From NCBI GenBank assembly GCA_026169815.1, contig JAPFDT010000043.1:15118-79117 (forward strand): a stretch of 64,000 bases of DNA. The letters are read 5' to 3'. Origin of the DNA: Pseudogracilibacillus sp. (GTDB lineage: Bacteria; Bacillota; Bacilli; Bacillales; Amphibacillaceae). Positions 38,318 to 48,150 of this stretch are shown here, piece after piece. The position numbers were made by a program, and so were the translations under genes. Position 1 is the first letter of the stretch, and each line of letters opens with the position of its first letter. The notes below the pieces were generated by a model, which was given only the letters and a program-made list of their open reading frames with translations, made no database searches and was not told the origin of the DNA.

Positions 38318-39877
38318 ATGGATTCAGATATTTATAGTCTAGCAAGAAAATATCATGAAACAGGAAACTGGAGAAAAGCAATTGAAAATTATAAAGAATA
38401 TTTTAAACATGCCGAAGATCCAAAGGAAGAAAGTTATGTTTACTATGCACAAACGCTAAAAAAACTAAATCATTTAATTAAGTCAGAAATGATTCTTGTA
38501 GAAGGAAATAAATTGTACCCGAATAATACAGGGATATTAAAAGAACTTATTAAATTGTATCAAGCTAAAAAAGAACACTCTAATGCTAATGCTATGGCAA
38601 AGTTATTAGTGAAAGTGGATCCAACTTGTGCTGAATCTTATTTTGTTTTAGGGACAACCTATGCATCGATAAAAAAGAAGAAAAAAGCAAAGTTGAATTA
38701 TCTCACAGGTCTTGAATACAAACATGATATGCAAATGAAAGATATAATAAAAAGGATACAGAGTAAATTTGTTAATGTAAATGATAATGTAAGTTCTGAA
38801 TATAATTTCGTTTCTGGAAGGAGTAATTATGGTTCTATAACTCATAAATTTAAAAAAGAAAAGTATTTCACTAAAATATCTAATTTTTCCACATTAGCTA
38901 AAAGAGAAGAGTTGTTTTATAGCCAAATCTGTGGAGATTTTCCTTATTTAAAGAAGTATACTCCTAATTTTGTGGATTCATTAGTTTTGGATAATTTATC
39001 CTATCTAACAATTGGATATATAGAAAGTAAACCAAGTAATATTGAAAATCTTAAAGCGGTATTACAAATATCTCAAAAGATATCATCTATATCTTATCAA
39101 GAAATAGTTGATAAATATCCTAATCCCAATTACTCCTTTCAATTAAAAAACAAACCCAATCCTATGGTTATATTCTTTACTCAAATTCATAAAAAAGAAA
39201 TTAATGAAAGGTTGTTTGATTCATTATATAAAGTAATGAAAGAAAATAATTATCCTAAATCCTTGAATAAAGTTATAAACAAATTAGAGTCTTTAATCAT
39301 GGAAAACTATTTATATAACTTTATCGATCCTCAGGAACATTATTCTTTATTACATGGTGATTTTAATTCTAGTAACATTAGGGTAAGTGAGGAGGATCAA
39401 AGCATCAAAGTGATAGATTGGGAAACGTTTAAAATAGGTCCTCATTTCCTTGATATTGCAAGATACATGTCTGGAGTGTTATTACCATATAATGATGTGA
39501 AATCAATATACTTACAAGATGAAAAAATTAATAATAATTTATCATTAATTGAAAAAATATTTTTCTTATATTCTATAATACTCTTATATATTCTAACAAT
39601 AGGGGCTAATAATATTGAAAAGAATATAGATAAATATATAACACCAGCATTATCTGATTTAGAAATGTATGTTACACAGTTTAAACAGAATGAATATAGT
39701 GTAATTGTAGAGTCATTATTAAAAGAAAATAAGAAAGTTAACAAAAAGAATCAAGAAATTAACTTATTAAAAATAAAAATTAAAGAAACTCAAGAAATAC
39801 TAGACAGTACATTAAATAGTAAATCATGGAAACTAACAGCTCCATTACGAAAACTGATGCAGTGGAGAAATAAATAA
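38318..39877 (+). CDS. TPR-repeat / protein-kinase-like (APH/ChoK fold) / C-terminal coiled-coil protein, function unknown
   Basis: aa 1-130 form TPR-like helices. The kinase catalytic loop LLHGDFNSSNIRV and metal-binding IKVIDWETF are present. The C-terminus is a Lys-rich coiled coil ending SKSWKLTAPLRKLMQWR. Confidence 0.7.
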   Translation: MDSDIYSLARKYHETGNWRKAIENYKEYFKHAEDPKEESYVYYAQTLKKLNHLIKSEMILVEGNKLYPNNTGILKELIKLYQAKKEHSNANAMAKLLVKVDPTCAESYFVLGTTYASIKKKKKAKLNYLTGLEYKHDMQMKDIIKRIQSKFVNVNDNVSSEYNFVSGRSNYGSITHKFKKEKYFTKISNFSTLAKREELFYSQICGDFPYLKKYTPNFVDSLVLDNLSYLTIGYIESKPSNIENLKAVLQISQKISSISYQEIVDKYPNPNYSFQLKNKPNPMVIFFTQIHKKEINERLFDSLYKVMKENNYPKSLNKVINKLESLIMENYLYNFIDPQEHYSLLHGDFNSSNIRVSEEDQSIKVIDWETFKIGPHFLDIARYMSGVLLPYNDVKSIYLQDEKINNNLSLIEKIFFLYSIILLYILTIGANNIEKNIDKYITPALSDLEMYVTQFKQNEYSVIVESLLKENKKVNKKNQEINLLKIKIKETQEILDSTLNSKSWKLTAPLRKLMQWRNK

Positions 39878-39934
39878 AGTAGGAATCTATTTAAAATCTG
39901 AAGAAAAGTAACATAGATTATTAGGTGATAATAA

Positions 39935-41116
39935 GTGGTTAATAAATTAAAAAATATATTTTTTAGAATGTACAAACTCTCTTTTCTTATTGTAGGCAAA
40001 ATACTTCCAAAAAACAAAAACATAATTATGTTTGAAAGTTTTTTAGGTAAACAATACAGTGATAGTCCACGTGCTATTTATGAATATATACAAGAAAATA
40101 AACCAAACTATAAGATGTACTGGAGCGTTGAGCGAAAATCCATGCATTTATTTGCTGATCTTCCAGTAATTCCAGTGCGCCGATTCTCACTTAAATGGTT
40201 AATTCTAATGAATCGAGCAAAGTATTGGGTTTCGAACAGTAGATTACCTTTATGGATTCCCAAACCTGATAAGACGATATATATACAAACATGGCATGGT
40301 ACACCTTTAAAACGCTTAGCGGTTGATATGGATGAAGTACATATGCCTGGAACAGATACAGAGAGCTATAAACGTAATTTCACGACTGAATCAGCGAAGT
40401 GGGATTATTTAATTTCACCTAATGCATATTCAACGGAGATATTTAAACGTGCATTCCAATTTGAAAATCAAGTAATTGAATCAGGATATCCTAGAAATGA
40501 CTATTTATTTCAACAAAATAATAAAGATGAAATAAATCGCATTAAACGAATGTTACAGCTACCATTAGATAAAAAGGTTATTCTTTATGCACCTACTTGG
40601 CGTGATAATCAATTTTATGGAAGAGGTCGCTATAAATTTGATATTCCAATGGATTTGAAAAAGCTTAAAGAAGAATTAGGCAATGAATATGTTGTTGTTC
40701 TTCGTATGCACTATTTAGTAGCCGAAAACTTGGATATTAAAGATCATGAAGGATTTATTTACGATGCATCTCATCATGCAGATATTCGAGAACTATATCT
40801 AGTAGCTGATATGCTAATCACGGATTATTCTTCTGTCTTTTTTGATTATGCGAACTTAAAAAGACCAATGATATTTTATGTGTATGATATAGAGGAATAT
40901 CGTGACAAGTTACGTGGTTTTTATATCGACTTTGAAAAAGAAGCACCAGGTCCACTAGTGAAAACAACTGATGCATTAATTACGGAAATAAAGCAAATTG
41001 AAGCAGACTTTCAAGTAACTGAGCAAATACAAACTTTTTATGATAAATTCTGTAATTTAGAAGATGGTAAAGCAAGTGAACGTGTAGTGAATACAATATT
41101 CAACGACAAAGAATAG
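39935..41116 (+). CDS. CDP-glycerol glycerophosphotransferase (TagB/TagF/TarF family)
   Basis: GTG start after AGGTGA. Motifs IQTWHGTPLKRL, ILYAPTWRDNQ, LITDYSSVFFDYANLKRPMIFYVYD. Confidence 0.88.
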   Translation: MVNKLKNIFFRMYKLSFLIVGKILPKNKNIIMFESFLGKQYSDSPRAIYEYIQENKPNYKMYWSVERKSMHLFADLPVIPVRRFSLKWLILMNRAKYWVSNSRLPLWIPKPDKTIYIQTWHGTPLKRLAVDMDEVHMPGTDTESYKRNFTTESAKWDYLISPNAYSTEIFKRAFQFENQVIESGYPRNDYLFQQNNKDEINRIKRMLQLPLDKKVILYAPTWRDNQFYGRGRYKFDIPMDLKKLKEELGNEYVVVLRMHYLVAENLDIKDHEGFIYDASHHADIRELYLVADMLITDYSSVFFDYANLKRPMIFYVYDIEEYRDKLRGFYIDFEKEAPGPLVKTTDALITEIKQIEADFQVTEQIQTFYDKFCNLEDGKASERVVNTIFNDKE

Positions 41117-41143
41117 ACATTAAACTGTCTATTCTTTGTGTTT
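41109..41143 (+). terminator. Possible weak terminator or attenuator after the TagF-like gene
   Basis: AAGAATAGAC pairs with GTCTATTCTT and overlaps the stop codon, then TGTGTTT. Confidence 0.4.
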
Positions 41144-41216
41144 AAAAAGAGTTAAATGTATAATTTAAGAAGTTACTATTGGATAGTACGAGTATTTGAG
41201 ATGAGAGGATATCCAA

Positions 41217-42038
41217 ATGAGAGCACCAATTAAAGTTTTTAAAGAACAAATAGAACATTTTTATTTAATACGTAGGTTGTCGTTATATGAAATAAAAAGT
41301 AAAAATCGTAATAACTATTTAGGTATGGCTTGGGAACTAATTAACCCAGCTATACAAATGATGATATATTGGTTTGTATTTAGTACGATAAGATCTCGTG
41401 CGCCAATTGATATGAATGGCGTAGAAGTGCCGTTTTTCCCGTGGTTGTTAGCCGGATTCTTTATCTGGATATTTTCATATCAATCGATTATTCAAGGATC
41501 AAATTCAATCTATACTCGTTTACGAATGTTGTCTAAGATGAATTTCCCAATGAGTGTGATTCCGAATTTTGTTATATTTTCAAACTTTTATATTCATTTA
41601 ATTTTGTTAGGTATTTCAATGATAATCTTGAATATTATGGGGTATTTCGCAAGTATTTATTATTTCCAATTAATTTATTTTATTATAGCAGCATTTTGTT
41701 TGTTGTTTTCGATATCATTGATTACATCAACAATTTCAACAATTATCCGAGATTTTCATTTATTCCTTAACTCGACTGTAAGGATGTTATTGTATTTATC
41801 AGGTGTGTTATGGCCGTTAACCTTGCTAGAAGATTTCCCTTTAATGATAAAAATTATGATGTTAAATCCAATTTATTATTTAATTCAAGGATATCGTGCA
41901 GCTTTATTTGGGTCAGAATGGTATTTTATAACGAACTGGCAATATTCATTGATATTCTGGGGAATTGTTATCGTGCTATTTATCATTGGTTCAACGTTAC
42001 ATGTGAAGTTTAGAAGACATTTTATTGATTATTTATAA
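41217..42038 (+). CDS. tagG: Teichoic acid ABC transporter permease
   Basis: ABC-2 type permease with 6 TM segments; N-terminal YLGMAWELINPAIQMMIYWFVF. Adjacent to tagH. Confidence 0.9.
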   Translation: MRAPIKVFKEQIEHFYLIRRLSLYEIKSKNRNNYLGMAWELINPAIQMMIYWFVFSTIRSRAPIDMNGVEVPFFPWLLAGFFIWIFSYQSIIQGSNSIYTRLRMLSKMNFPMSVIPNFVIFSNFYIHLILLGISMIILNIMGYFASIYYFQLIYFIIAAFCLLFSISLITSTISTIIRDFHLFLNSTVRMLLYLSGVLWPLTLLEDFPLMIKIMMLNPIYYLIQGYRAALFGSEWYFITNWQYSLIFWGIVIVLFIIGSTLHVKFRRHFIDYL

Positions 42039-42054
42039 GGATTAGTGATGCTAC

Positions 42055-43359
42055 GTGGATAAAGCAATTATCGTAGAAAATGTATCGAAAAAATATACAT
42101 TATATGAAAGTACGAAAGATCGTCTCCTTGATTTGTTTGCACCAACAACAAGAGGCGAACCTTTCTATGCACTGAGAGGTATTGACTTCCAAGCGGATCA
42201 TGGTGAAGTAATTGGTTTTATTGGAACAAATGGTTCTGGTAAATCAACGTTATCAAATATTATTGCTGGAATTGTTCCGGAAACATCTGGTAAAGTGACA
42301 GTAAATGGACAAGCAGCACTAATCGCCGTATCTGCTGGATTAAAAAATGACTTAACAGGTCGAGACAATATTGAATTGAAGTTGCTTATGTTAGGGTTTA
42401 GTAAACCTGAAATAGAAGCATTAGAAGATGATATTATTGAATTCTCGGAGTTAGGTAATTTTATTGATCAGCCTGTAAAATCCTATTCTAGTGGAATGAA
42501 ATCTCGATTAGGTTTTTCCATTTCAGTGAATGTTGATCCAGATATTTTAATTATTGATGAAGCCTTGTCTGTTGGAGATCGAGCTTTTGCTGAAAAAAGT
42601 TTGGATAAGATGAATGAATTTAAAGAAGAAGGTAAAACGATGATTTTCGTCAGTCATTCAATTGGACAGATGAAAAAGTTTTGCGATAAAATTCTTTGGC
42701 TAGAGTTTGGAAAGGTAAAGCAATATGGTGATGTAGCGGAAGTGATGCCACAATATGAAGAGTTTTTGAATATGTGGAAGCGACTGTCGAAGAAGCAACG
42801 TGAAGAGTATCGAGAAAAAGCTATAAATGATACGTTAGATTATGAGCGTTTTTTAGAGAAGGTAGAAGCAGAAGAAGAAGTGAAGTACAAAGAGAAGTTA
42901 GTGAGTAAGGTTGCTAGAATTAAAAGCGCTGAATCACCAATCTATGAGGATCCTCAAGATTTAACATCAGAAAAAACTGCTAAAAATTATCGAGGAAAAG
43001 CTTATTATATTAAGAAACAAGGAACTTTGAATAAGGAAAAGTATTATTTAATTAGTACAGAACCAAGTGCTACTGCGGGTGTTATTGGTTGGATGAAAGC
43101 ATCTGATTTACATACACGAAATTTAGTCTATATTGATGATGATGAAAAAGAATTTATCATACATGGAGAAGGAAACGCAGTAGACCAACCATGGGGTGCA
43201 AGAAAGAATGTTGTATATGAAGATTTATCAGCTTTTTCCGGTGAGAAATTTCATGTAACTAGGACCGAACTAGTTGGAAATAGAACATGGTATTATGGCA
43301 CTGTAAAAAATGAAAATTTATGGCTTCGCAGCAGTCGTCTTGAACCAATCCCTGAATAA
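42055..43359 (+). CDS. tagH: Teichoic acid ABC transporter ATP-binding protein with a ~190-aa C-terminal extension containing two GW/SH3b-like modules
   Basis: Walker A GTNGSGKST, signature YSSGMKSRL, Walker B ILIIDEALS. The tail has no TM segment and contains ...YYLISTEPSATAGVIGWMKASDL and ...WYYGTVKNENLWLRSSRL. Confidence 0.88.
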   Translation: MDKAIIVENVSKKYTLYESTKDRLLDLFAPTTRGEPFYALRGIDFQADHGEVIGFIGTNGSGKSTLSNIIAGIVPETSGKVTVNGQAALIAVSAGLKNDLTGRDNIELKLLMLGFSKPEIEALEDDIIEFSELGNFIDQPVKSYSSGMKSRLGFSISVNVDPDILIIDEALSVGDRAFAEKSLDKMNEFKEEGKTMIFVSHSIGQMKKFCDKILWLEFGKVKQYGDVAEVMPQYEEFLNMWKRLSKKQREEYREKAINDTLDYERFLEKVEAEEEVKYKEKLVSKVARIKSAESPIYEDPQDLTSEKTAKNYRGKAYYIKKQGTLNKEKYYLISTEPSATAGVIGWMKASDLHTRNLVYIDDDEKEFIIHGEGNAVDQPWGARKNVVYEDLSAFSGEKFHVTRTELVGNRTWYYGTVKNENLWLRSSRLEPIPE

Positions 43360-43377
43360 CTTAATATATATTCCTAA

Positions 43378-43415
43378 ACACTTTTAACGCATTCAACGTT
43401 AAAAGTGTTTTTTTC
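43378..43415. terminator. Bidirectional terminator between tagH and the convergent flippase gene
   Basis: ACACTTTTAACG pairs with CGTTAAAAGTGT, followed by TTTTTTT. Confidence 0.85.
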
Positions 43416-44811
43416 ATTCATTTCCTACAACTCGCCTCCACACATTCCTCACCAATCCCCAATTCACCCACAAAAACACACCACATGCTCCAATCAACGC
43501 ACCACTCATAATTACTAAACTCTCACTAAAAGAAACCACCATCGCTATAATAACCCCACCAAACAATACCATCATATCCCTCACAGGAAACACTACCTTA
43601 AACAATTTCTCCGCAGCTTTTACCCTCATCACCCACGTCACGATAAAGGCAATCATTGTCGCCATCGCAATACCATACAATCCAAACAAAGGAATGAGTA
43701 ATAAGTTCCCAACAATATTTACGCCTGCACCGATAACAGAGGAGCGGAATATTGGACTAGTCTCCTTTGCACCATGAAATCCTGCTGACCAAAACAAAGC
43801 AAAAGCGTGGAATAACGTCGCAATTAATAATATCCCACTATACTGCCATGCCGCTTCGTATGCACTGTCGATAAAAAGGATAATAAGCGGTTTAGCTAGT
43901 AAAATGAGTACAATAACTGTCGTTGTCAGGAAGCGAAAATAATGCGTAAAAATAGTTGTAAAATACGCATCTTTATTCGCATCATCATAATAGATAATTG
44001 CACTATCTTTCCACGCTAAAGAAAATACAGTGTTCATCATTAGTAATAAAGCAGGTACTTTAAGTGCAATCGCATAAATCCCATTACTCGTTAAGCCGAG
44101 AAAAGCACTAATAAACCATCGATCAGACATTGTCATAATCCACCAGCTTGCTGTTGCGGGAATAATCGGCCAAGCATACCTATAAAAATCGCTTAATAAA
44201 GATGAAGTGTATTGACGATATATAATAAATTGACTAAACTTACTTTTCATCCATGTAAATAAGGAAACACTAATACTAGCAATAATTTGCGCATAAAAAA
44301 ATGCAACAACACCCAGTTCTAATTGAAAAATAAAATAAATCATAAAACTTATCATCACAATACTATGTATAATGCTCATACTGGCAAATAAACGATTCAA
44401 CATGAGTCCACGTACACATTGTTGGAGAAAGCTAAAAAACAACATACTTTGTAACAAAATAAGTGCCTGCCATTGAAAGGGAAAATCGATGAATAAAAAG
44501 AGAATAATCGCTAATAATGCACTGCTTATCATATGACGCAACAAGGCGAAAAAACCAGTCGAAATAATTTTTGCTTGTTCTTGCTTGTCACTTGTTTGGA
44601 GTAACCAACGATATGTAGCACTATTTAATTCAAAACTAACTAATGGCATAAGTAATGTAATCGTCGTTAAAAACAAATCCCACGTACCAAATGCTTCTGG
44701 ACTAAAATAAGTAGTATAAATGGGTAGCATAATAAAAGCGAGTAAAGAAGTGCCAAAATGCGCAAAGCTATATAATAATGTATCTTGCCACAGTTTTTTC
44801 GTTTGCTTCAT
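43414..44811 (-). CDS. Polysaccharide/oligosaccharide flippase (Wzx, MOP superfamily)
   Basis: 465 aa, ~14 TM segments. The N-terminus LLYSFAHFGTSLLAFIMLPIYTTYFSPEAFG is typical of Polysacc_synt proteins. Confidence 0.8.
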   Translation of the reverse strand: MKQTKKLWQDTLLYSFAHFGTSLLAFIMLPIYTTYFSPEAFGTWDLFLTTITLLMPLVSFELNSATYRWLLQTSDKQEQAKIISTGFFALLRHMISSALLAIILFLFIDFPFQWQALILLQSMLFFSFLQQCVRGLMLNRLFASMSIIHSIVMISFMIYFIFQLELGVVAFFYAQIIASISVSLFTWMKSKFSQFIIYRQYTSSLLSDFYRYAWPIIPATASWWIMTMSDRWFISAFLGLTSNGIYAIALKVPALLLMMNTVFSLAWKDSAIIYYDDANKDAYFTTIFTHYFRFLTTTVIVLILLAKPLIILFIDSAYEAAWQYSGILLIATLFHAFALFWSAGFHGAKETSPIFRSSVIGAGVNIVGNLLLIPLFGLYGIAMATMIAFIVTWVMRVKAAEKLFKVVFPVRDMMVLFGGVIIAMVVSFSESLVIMSGALIGACGVFLWVNWGLVRNVWRRVVGNE

Positions 44812-44812
44812 C

Positions 44813-45868
44813 TTAATCTACCTCTAACTCACTGTCTAATATCCTAAATTGATTTTCTGCGTCATTTATTTGATACTCAACCGAAATGGCATCTTGTGAA
44901 CAAGCTGTGCGCATTTTTTTAATAACATTTTCTCCGTAACATTGCTTAATATGACAATGGGGGATAGTTAACGCATTATCTTCTATAACTGTTAACATTT
45001 TATTACTGTAGATAATGGCAAATGTTGGCTTTTCATAAAGTAAACTTAAAATCATCGCATGAAACCTCGTTGCAATAACAGCATTTGCTTGTGCGATTAG
45101 TTGTAATGCTGTCGCAATGTCTGTTTCATAATCAAAACTCATCATGTGTGAATAGTATTGTGGATGAATGAGTTTATAAATCTGTTCGATTGCTTGATCA
45201 TCTTTTTCCCGCTTACAAAAAGCCATCCAGACAATATTGTATCCTTCATTCATACAAGCGACTGCTAAGGAGGCAAGTGTGTTGAAATAAGCATCATTAA
45301 TGTCCTGTAACTCTTTTCGTATTGACGGATAAATAACAGAAATGACGATAGTAGCTACTGTTTTATTCACATGATCTACAGGCTGCGTAAATACAACGTC
45401 GTTTGCATAACGGACGTTAGGTAAATGTTTGAATAAATGATATGAATTTTTATCGCGAAAACATATATCATCACAGTTTTTAAAAAAGTCTTCATACTTA
45501 TGATAAAAATTTAAAGAATGATAAGGACCGAAATTTGCGCCTAAAATAAAAAAATTCGCATGACGTTTTTGTGCTTGTTTCATTTGTTTCCAATGCTTTT
45601 TCCAACCAGGCTGTTCAATAAAAAGCGAACCTCCTATATAGACAGCTATGGAAGGACGGAGAAGTAAGTAATACATCATTTTTCCAATCAATGTATCACT
45701 AGGCATAATGTGTAAATTCGTTATGTTGCTAAATGTTTCTTTGTATTTCTTAGGGGCATATAAGTAAAACGTGATATGTGGATAACGTTGACATAAGATG
45801 TGAATAAATAAATCGTCCCCAAGATTATGTGCTGTATAAGCGTAGATCATCACTTTTCTTCTTGTCAT
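44813..45868 (-). CDS. Polysaccharide pyruvyl transferase family protein
   Basis: N-terminal MIYAYTAHNLGDDLFIHIL (xNxGD motif), ~350 aa, cytoplasmic. Lies in a Wzx/Wzy operon. Confidence 0.7.
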   Translation of the reverse strand: MTRRKVMIYAYTAHNLGDDLFIHILCQRYPHITFYLYAPKKYKETFSNITNLHIMPSDTLIGKMMYYLLLRPSIAVYIGGSLFIEQPGWKKHWKQMKQAQKRHANFFILGANFGPYHSLNFYHKYEDFFKNCDDICFRDKNSYHLFKHLPNVRYANDVVFTQPVDHVNKTVATIVISVIYPSIRKELQDINDAYFNTLASLAVACMNEGYNIVWMAFCKREKDDQAIEQIYKLIHPQYYSHMMSFDYETDIATALQLIAQANAVIATRFHAMILSLLYEKPTFAIIYSNKMLTVIEDNALTIPHCHIKQCYGENVIKKMRTACSQDAISVEYQINDAENQFRILDSELEVD

Positions 45869-46860
45869 CCACGTTGCCTCCTAATGATTTTTTTCACGAA
45901 TGATTTTAAAGTATAAAATATATGCAAGCAAAATATTCCGCGTTTTCGAATGAAAAAGGTAAAAAAACTATCTTCCGTTCTAGCCACTTCTTGCACAGTT
46001 TCATCCAATACAATGGATTGGAGCACCTTGTATTGTTGTTTATAACTTAGTGGTGTTTTTGGTTGATAGACGTTACTTATCGCATAAGCTGTACTATGAA
46101 GGAATATACGATTCGCTGTTTTGATGTTTCTTGTTGTGGCACTATCTTGTTCGTATAAAAATCTTACAAAATATTCGTGTAAGCTTTTTTGAATCGGAAA
46201 TAAAGTTGGTTCATATTGTCGTGTTAAAGAACGAGCTTCATAGCAATATTTATATGGTGCCGCTTCTGTAAAAGCGATGTTCCCACAATGTCTTAAATAA
46301 TCTAAGTTAAATAAAAGGTCTTCTCCGATTGAAAATTGTGATGAAAATAAAATGTTATATTCTGCAATAAGGGCGCGGCGATACATTTTGTTGCATGGTG
46401 ATGGTAGAAGTGTCTGCTCATACAAGGCGCTGATTTTTTCTAGCCATTTTACACGTGGTGCAAGGCAAGTAGCTCGTGGCCGAATCGTTTTGTCTTCTGT
46501 TTCATAACCACAAATGACAAGGTCAGATTGCGCTGTCATCATGTCAACAAGTTGTGCTGTCATCGTTGGTTGAATCCAATCATCTGCATCAACAAATTGT
46601 ATAAACGCTCCTGTGGCATGAATTAACCCTTTATTACGTGCCATAGATGGACCTTGATTATTTTGCTGAAAGAATTGAATACGATCATCAGTTTTTTTCA
46701 GTTGTTGCACTTGTTTGCTTCCGTGATCAGTTGAACCGTCATCAATAACGATAATGTCTAAATTTTTGTAAGTTTGCGCTTGTACACTTTGAATCGCTCG
46801 TTTTATCGTAGCTTCAGCATTGTACATTGGTATAATTACGGAAACGAGAGCTTCATTCAT
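45865..46860 (-). CDS. Glycosyltransferase family 2
   Basis: VSVIIPMYNAEATIKRAIQSVQAQTYKNLDIIVIDDGSTD and the DADD motif (FVDADDW). The ATG at 46860 forms an ATGAATGA overlap with the upstream stop. Confidence 0.9.
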   Translation of the reverse strand: MNEALVSVIIPMYNAEATIKRAIQSVQAQTYKNLDIIVIDDGSTDHGSKQVQQLKKTDDRIQFFQQNNQGPSMARNKGLIHATGAFIQFVDADDWIQPTMTAQLVDMMTAQSDLVICGYETEDKTIRPRATCLAPRVKWLEKISALYEQTLLPSPCNKMYRRALIAEYNILFSSQFSIGEDLLFNLDYLRHCGNIAFTEAAPYKYCYEARSLTRQYEPTLFPIQKSLHEYFVRFLYEQDSATTRNIKTANRIFLHSTAYAISNVYQPKTPLSYKQQYKVLQSIVLDETVQEVARTEDSFFTFFIRKRGIFCLHIFYTLKSFVKKIIRRQRG

Positions 46861-48025
46861 TTGCAATACTGCCAATCCAAATGACTAACAGGGCAACATA
46901 GGACATAACTGCTGGTGCGAATAAGACATGCCCTGCCACAAAGGAAATCCCTATCGTTAATAAAAGTGTCCCCATACTATACATATATGGAAAAGTTAAC
47001 TTCCAGCGAGTTATCTTATAGCTGAGCAAAGCAAGTGGTAGTAGTAAAATAATTGTTCCAAGCCATCCGAAACTGAAAAATAAATCATAAAAGTCCATCT
47101 CAATTGTTTTTGCAGCTTTCTTATAATCACCGGCATAACCAAGGCCGACCATTTGTCGCAAAAAAGGCGCCTGACGATAATCTTGTAGTGTCGTTTCTAA
47201 ATATACATCTCGTGAACTAAGTAACGAATGTTGCTGTTCATCTGTTTCTACTTCATGATGATTTGCTGTATCTAATTGATTCGTTGAAGCAGCTGTAAAT
47301 GGTATATATACGAATAATAAACCGAGTAATATACTTAATGTGATTGCGTGTTGCCATTTACGTTTAAAAAACGCATACAACAGTATAGGAATAAATAAAA
47401 TTAATCCGCCATACAAAGCTGTTTTTGTCCCAATCATCGGAAAAATAAACAATGTGATTATGATTGTAAAAGTCGTCAAATTCGTCCATGTATGTAAAAA
47501 GTAAACTAAAACGAGTGCGAATAAAATTAAAATAATGACGCTTAATTCATTTGCGGAAAAATACCAACCAGAATAACCTGATTTAACATAAGCGTAACTG
47601 TTAAGATTTGTGTTCGTAAAATAAGCCAACCAATATGTCGAACTGACAATGAACAAAGCAATATGGACAACTCGGAGAAAGCGAATTTGTTCAATTTGTT
47701 TCGTAGTAATGATGTGAATTACTAGTGAAATCATCGTAATAAAATAAGCGACTTTTAACATAAAACTTACTTCTTCCATTAAGTAAAAGGGAGTTTTCAT
47801 GAAAAAGTTACTAACAAATGTCACTGCAGTCAATATGTAAGCAAGTAAAAATACGAGACGATATTGTTTTTTCATTGGTTCGATAATCCATATATAGATT
47901 ATGACGAGAGCCATTAATAAAGTACGTATTATCGCTCCGATTGATAATGTCCATTCTTCCGTAAAAGCTGTCGCTATATCAATGATTGGCAATAAAATAA
48001 TTAATTGATAAACACGTTTATTCAT
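46853..48025 (-). CDS. O-antigen polymerase/ligase-like (Wzy-type) polytopic membrane protein
   Basis: 390 aa, ~10-11 TM segments with one larger hydrophilic loop. First gene of the operon with GT2, pyruvyl transferase and Wzx. Confidence 0.6.
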   Translation of the reverse strand: MNKRVYQLIILLPIIDIATAFTEEWTLSIGAIIRTLLMALVIIYIWIIEPMKKQYRLVFLLAYILTAVTFVSNFFMKTPFYLMEEVSFMLKVAYFITMISLVIHIITTKQIEQIRFLRVVHIALFIVSSTYWLAYFTNTNLNSYAYVKSGYSGWYFSANELSVIILILFALVLVYFLHTWTNLTTFTIIITLFIFPMIGTKTALYGGLILFIPILLYAFFKRKWQHAITLSILLGLLFVYIPFTAASTNQLDTANHHEVETDEQQHSLLSSRDVYLETTLQDYRQAPFLRQMVGLGYAGDYKKAAKTIEMDFYDLFFSFGWLGTIILLLPLALLSYKITRWKLTFPYMYSMGTLLLTIGISFVAGHVLFAPAVMSYVALLVIWIGSIANE

Positions 48026-48150
48026 CTTGTCCTCACCCCATGTATTATGTCCATTATTGGTGCATAATGCCTTTTTTATTCACAACAATTATAAAAACTT
48101 TCCATTTGGTTATGCTGAGCAATAGGTAACGAAATGAGGAGAATAAATAA

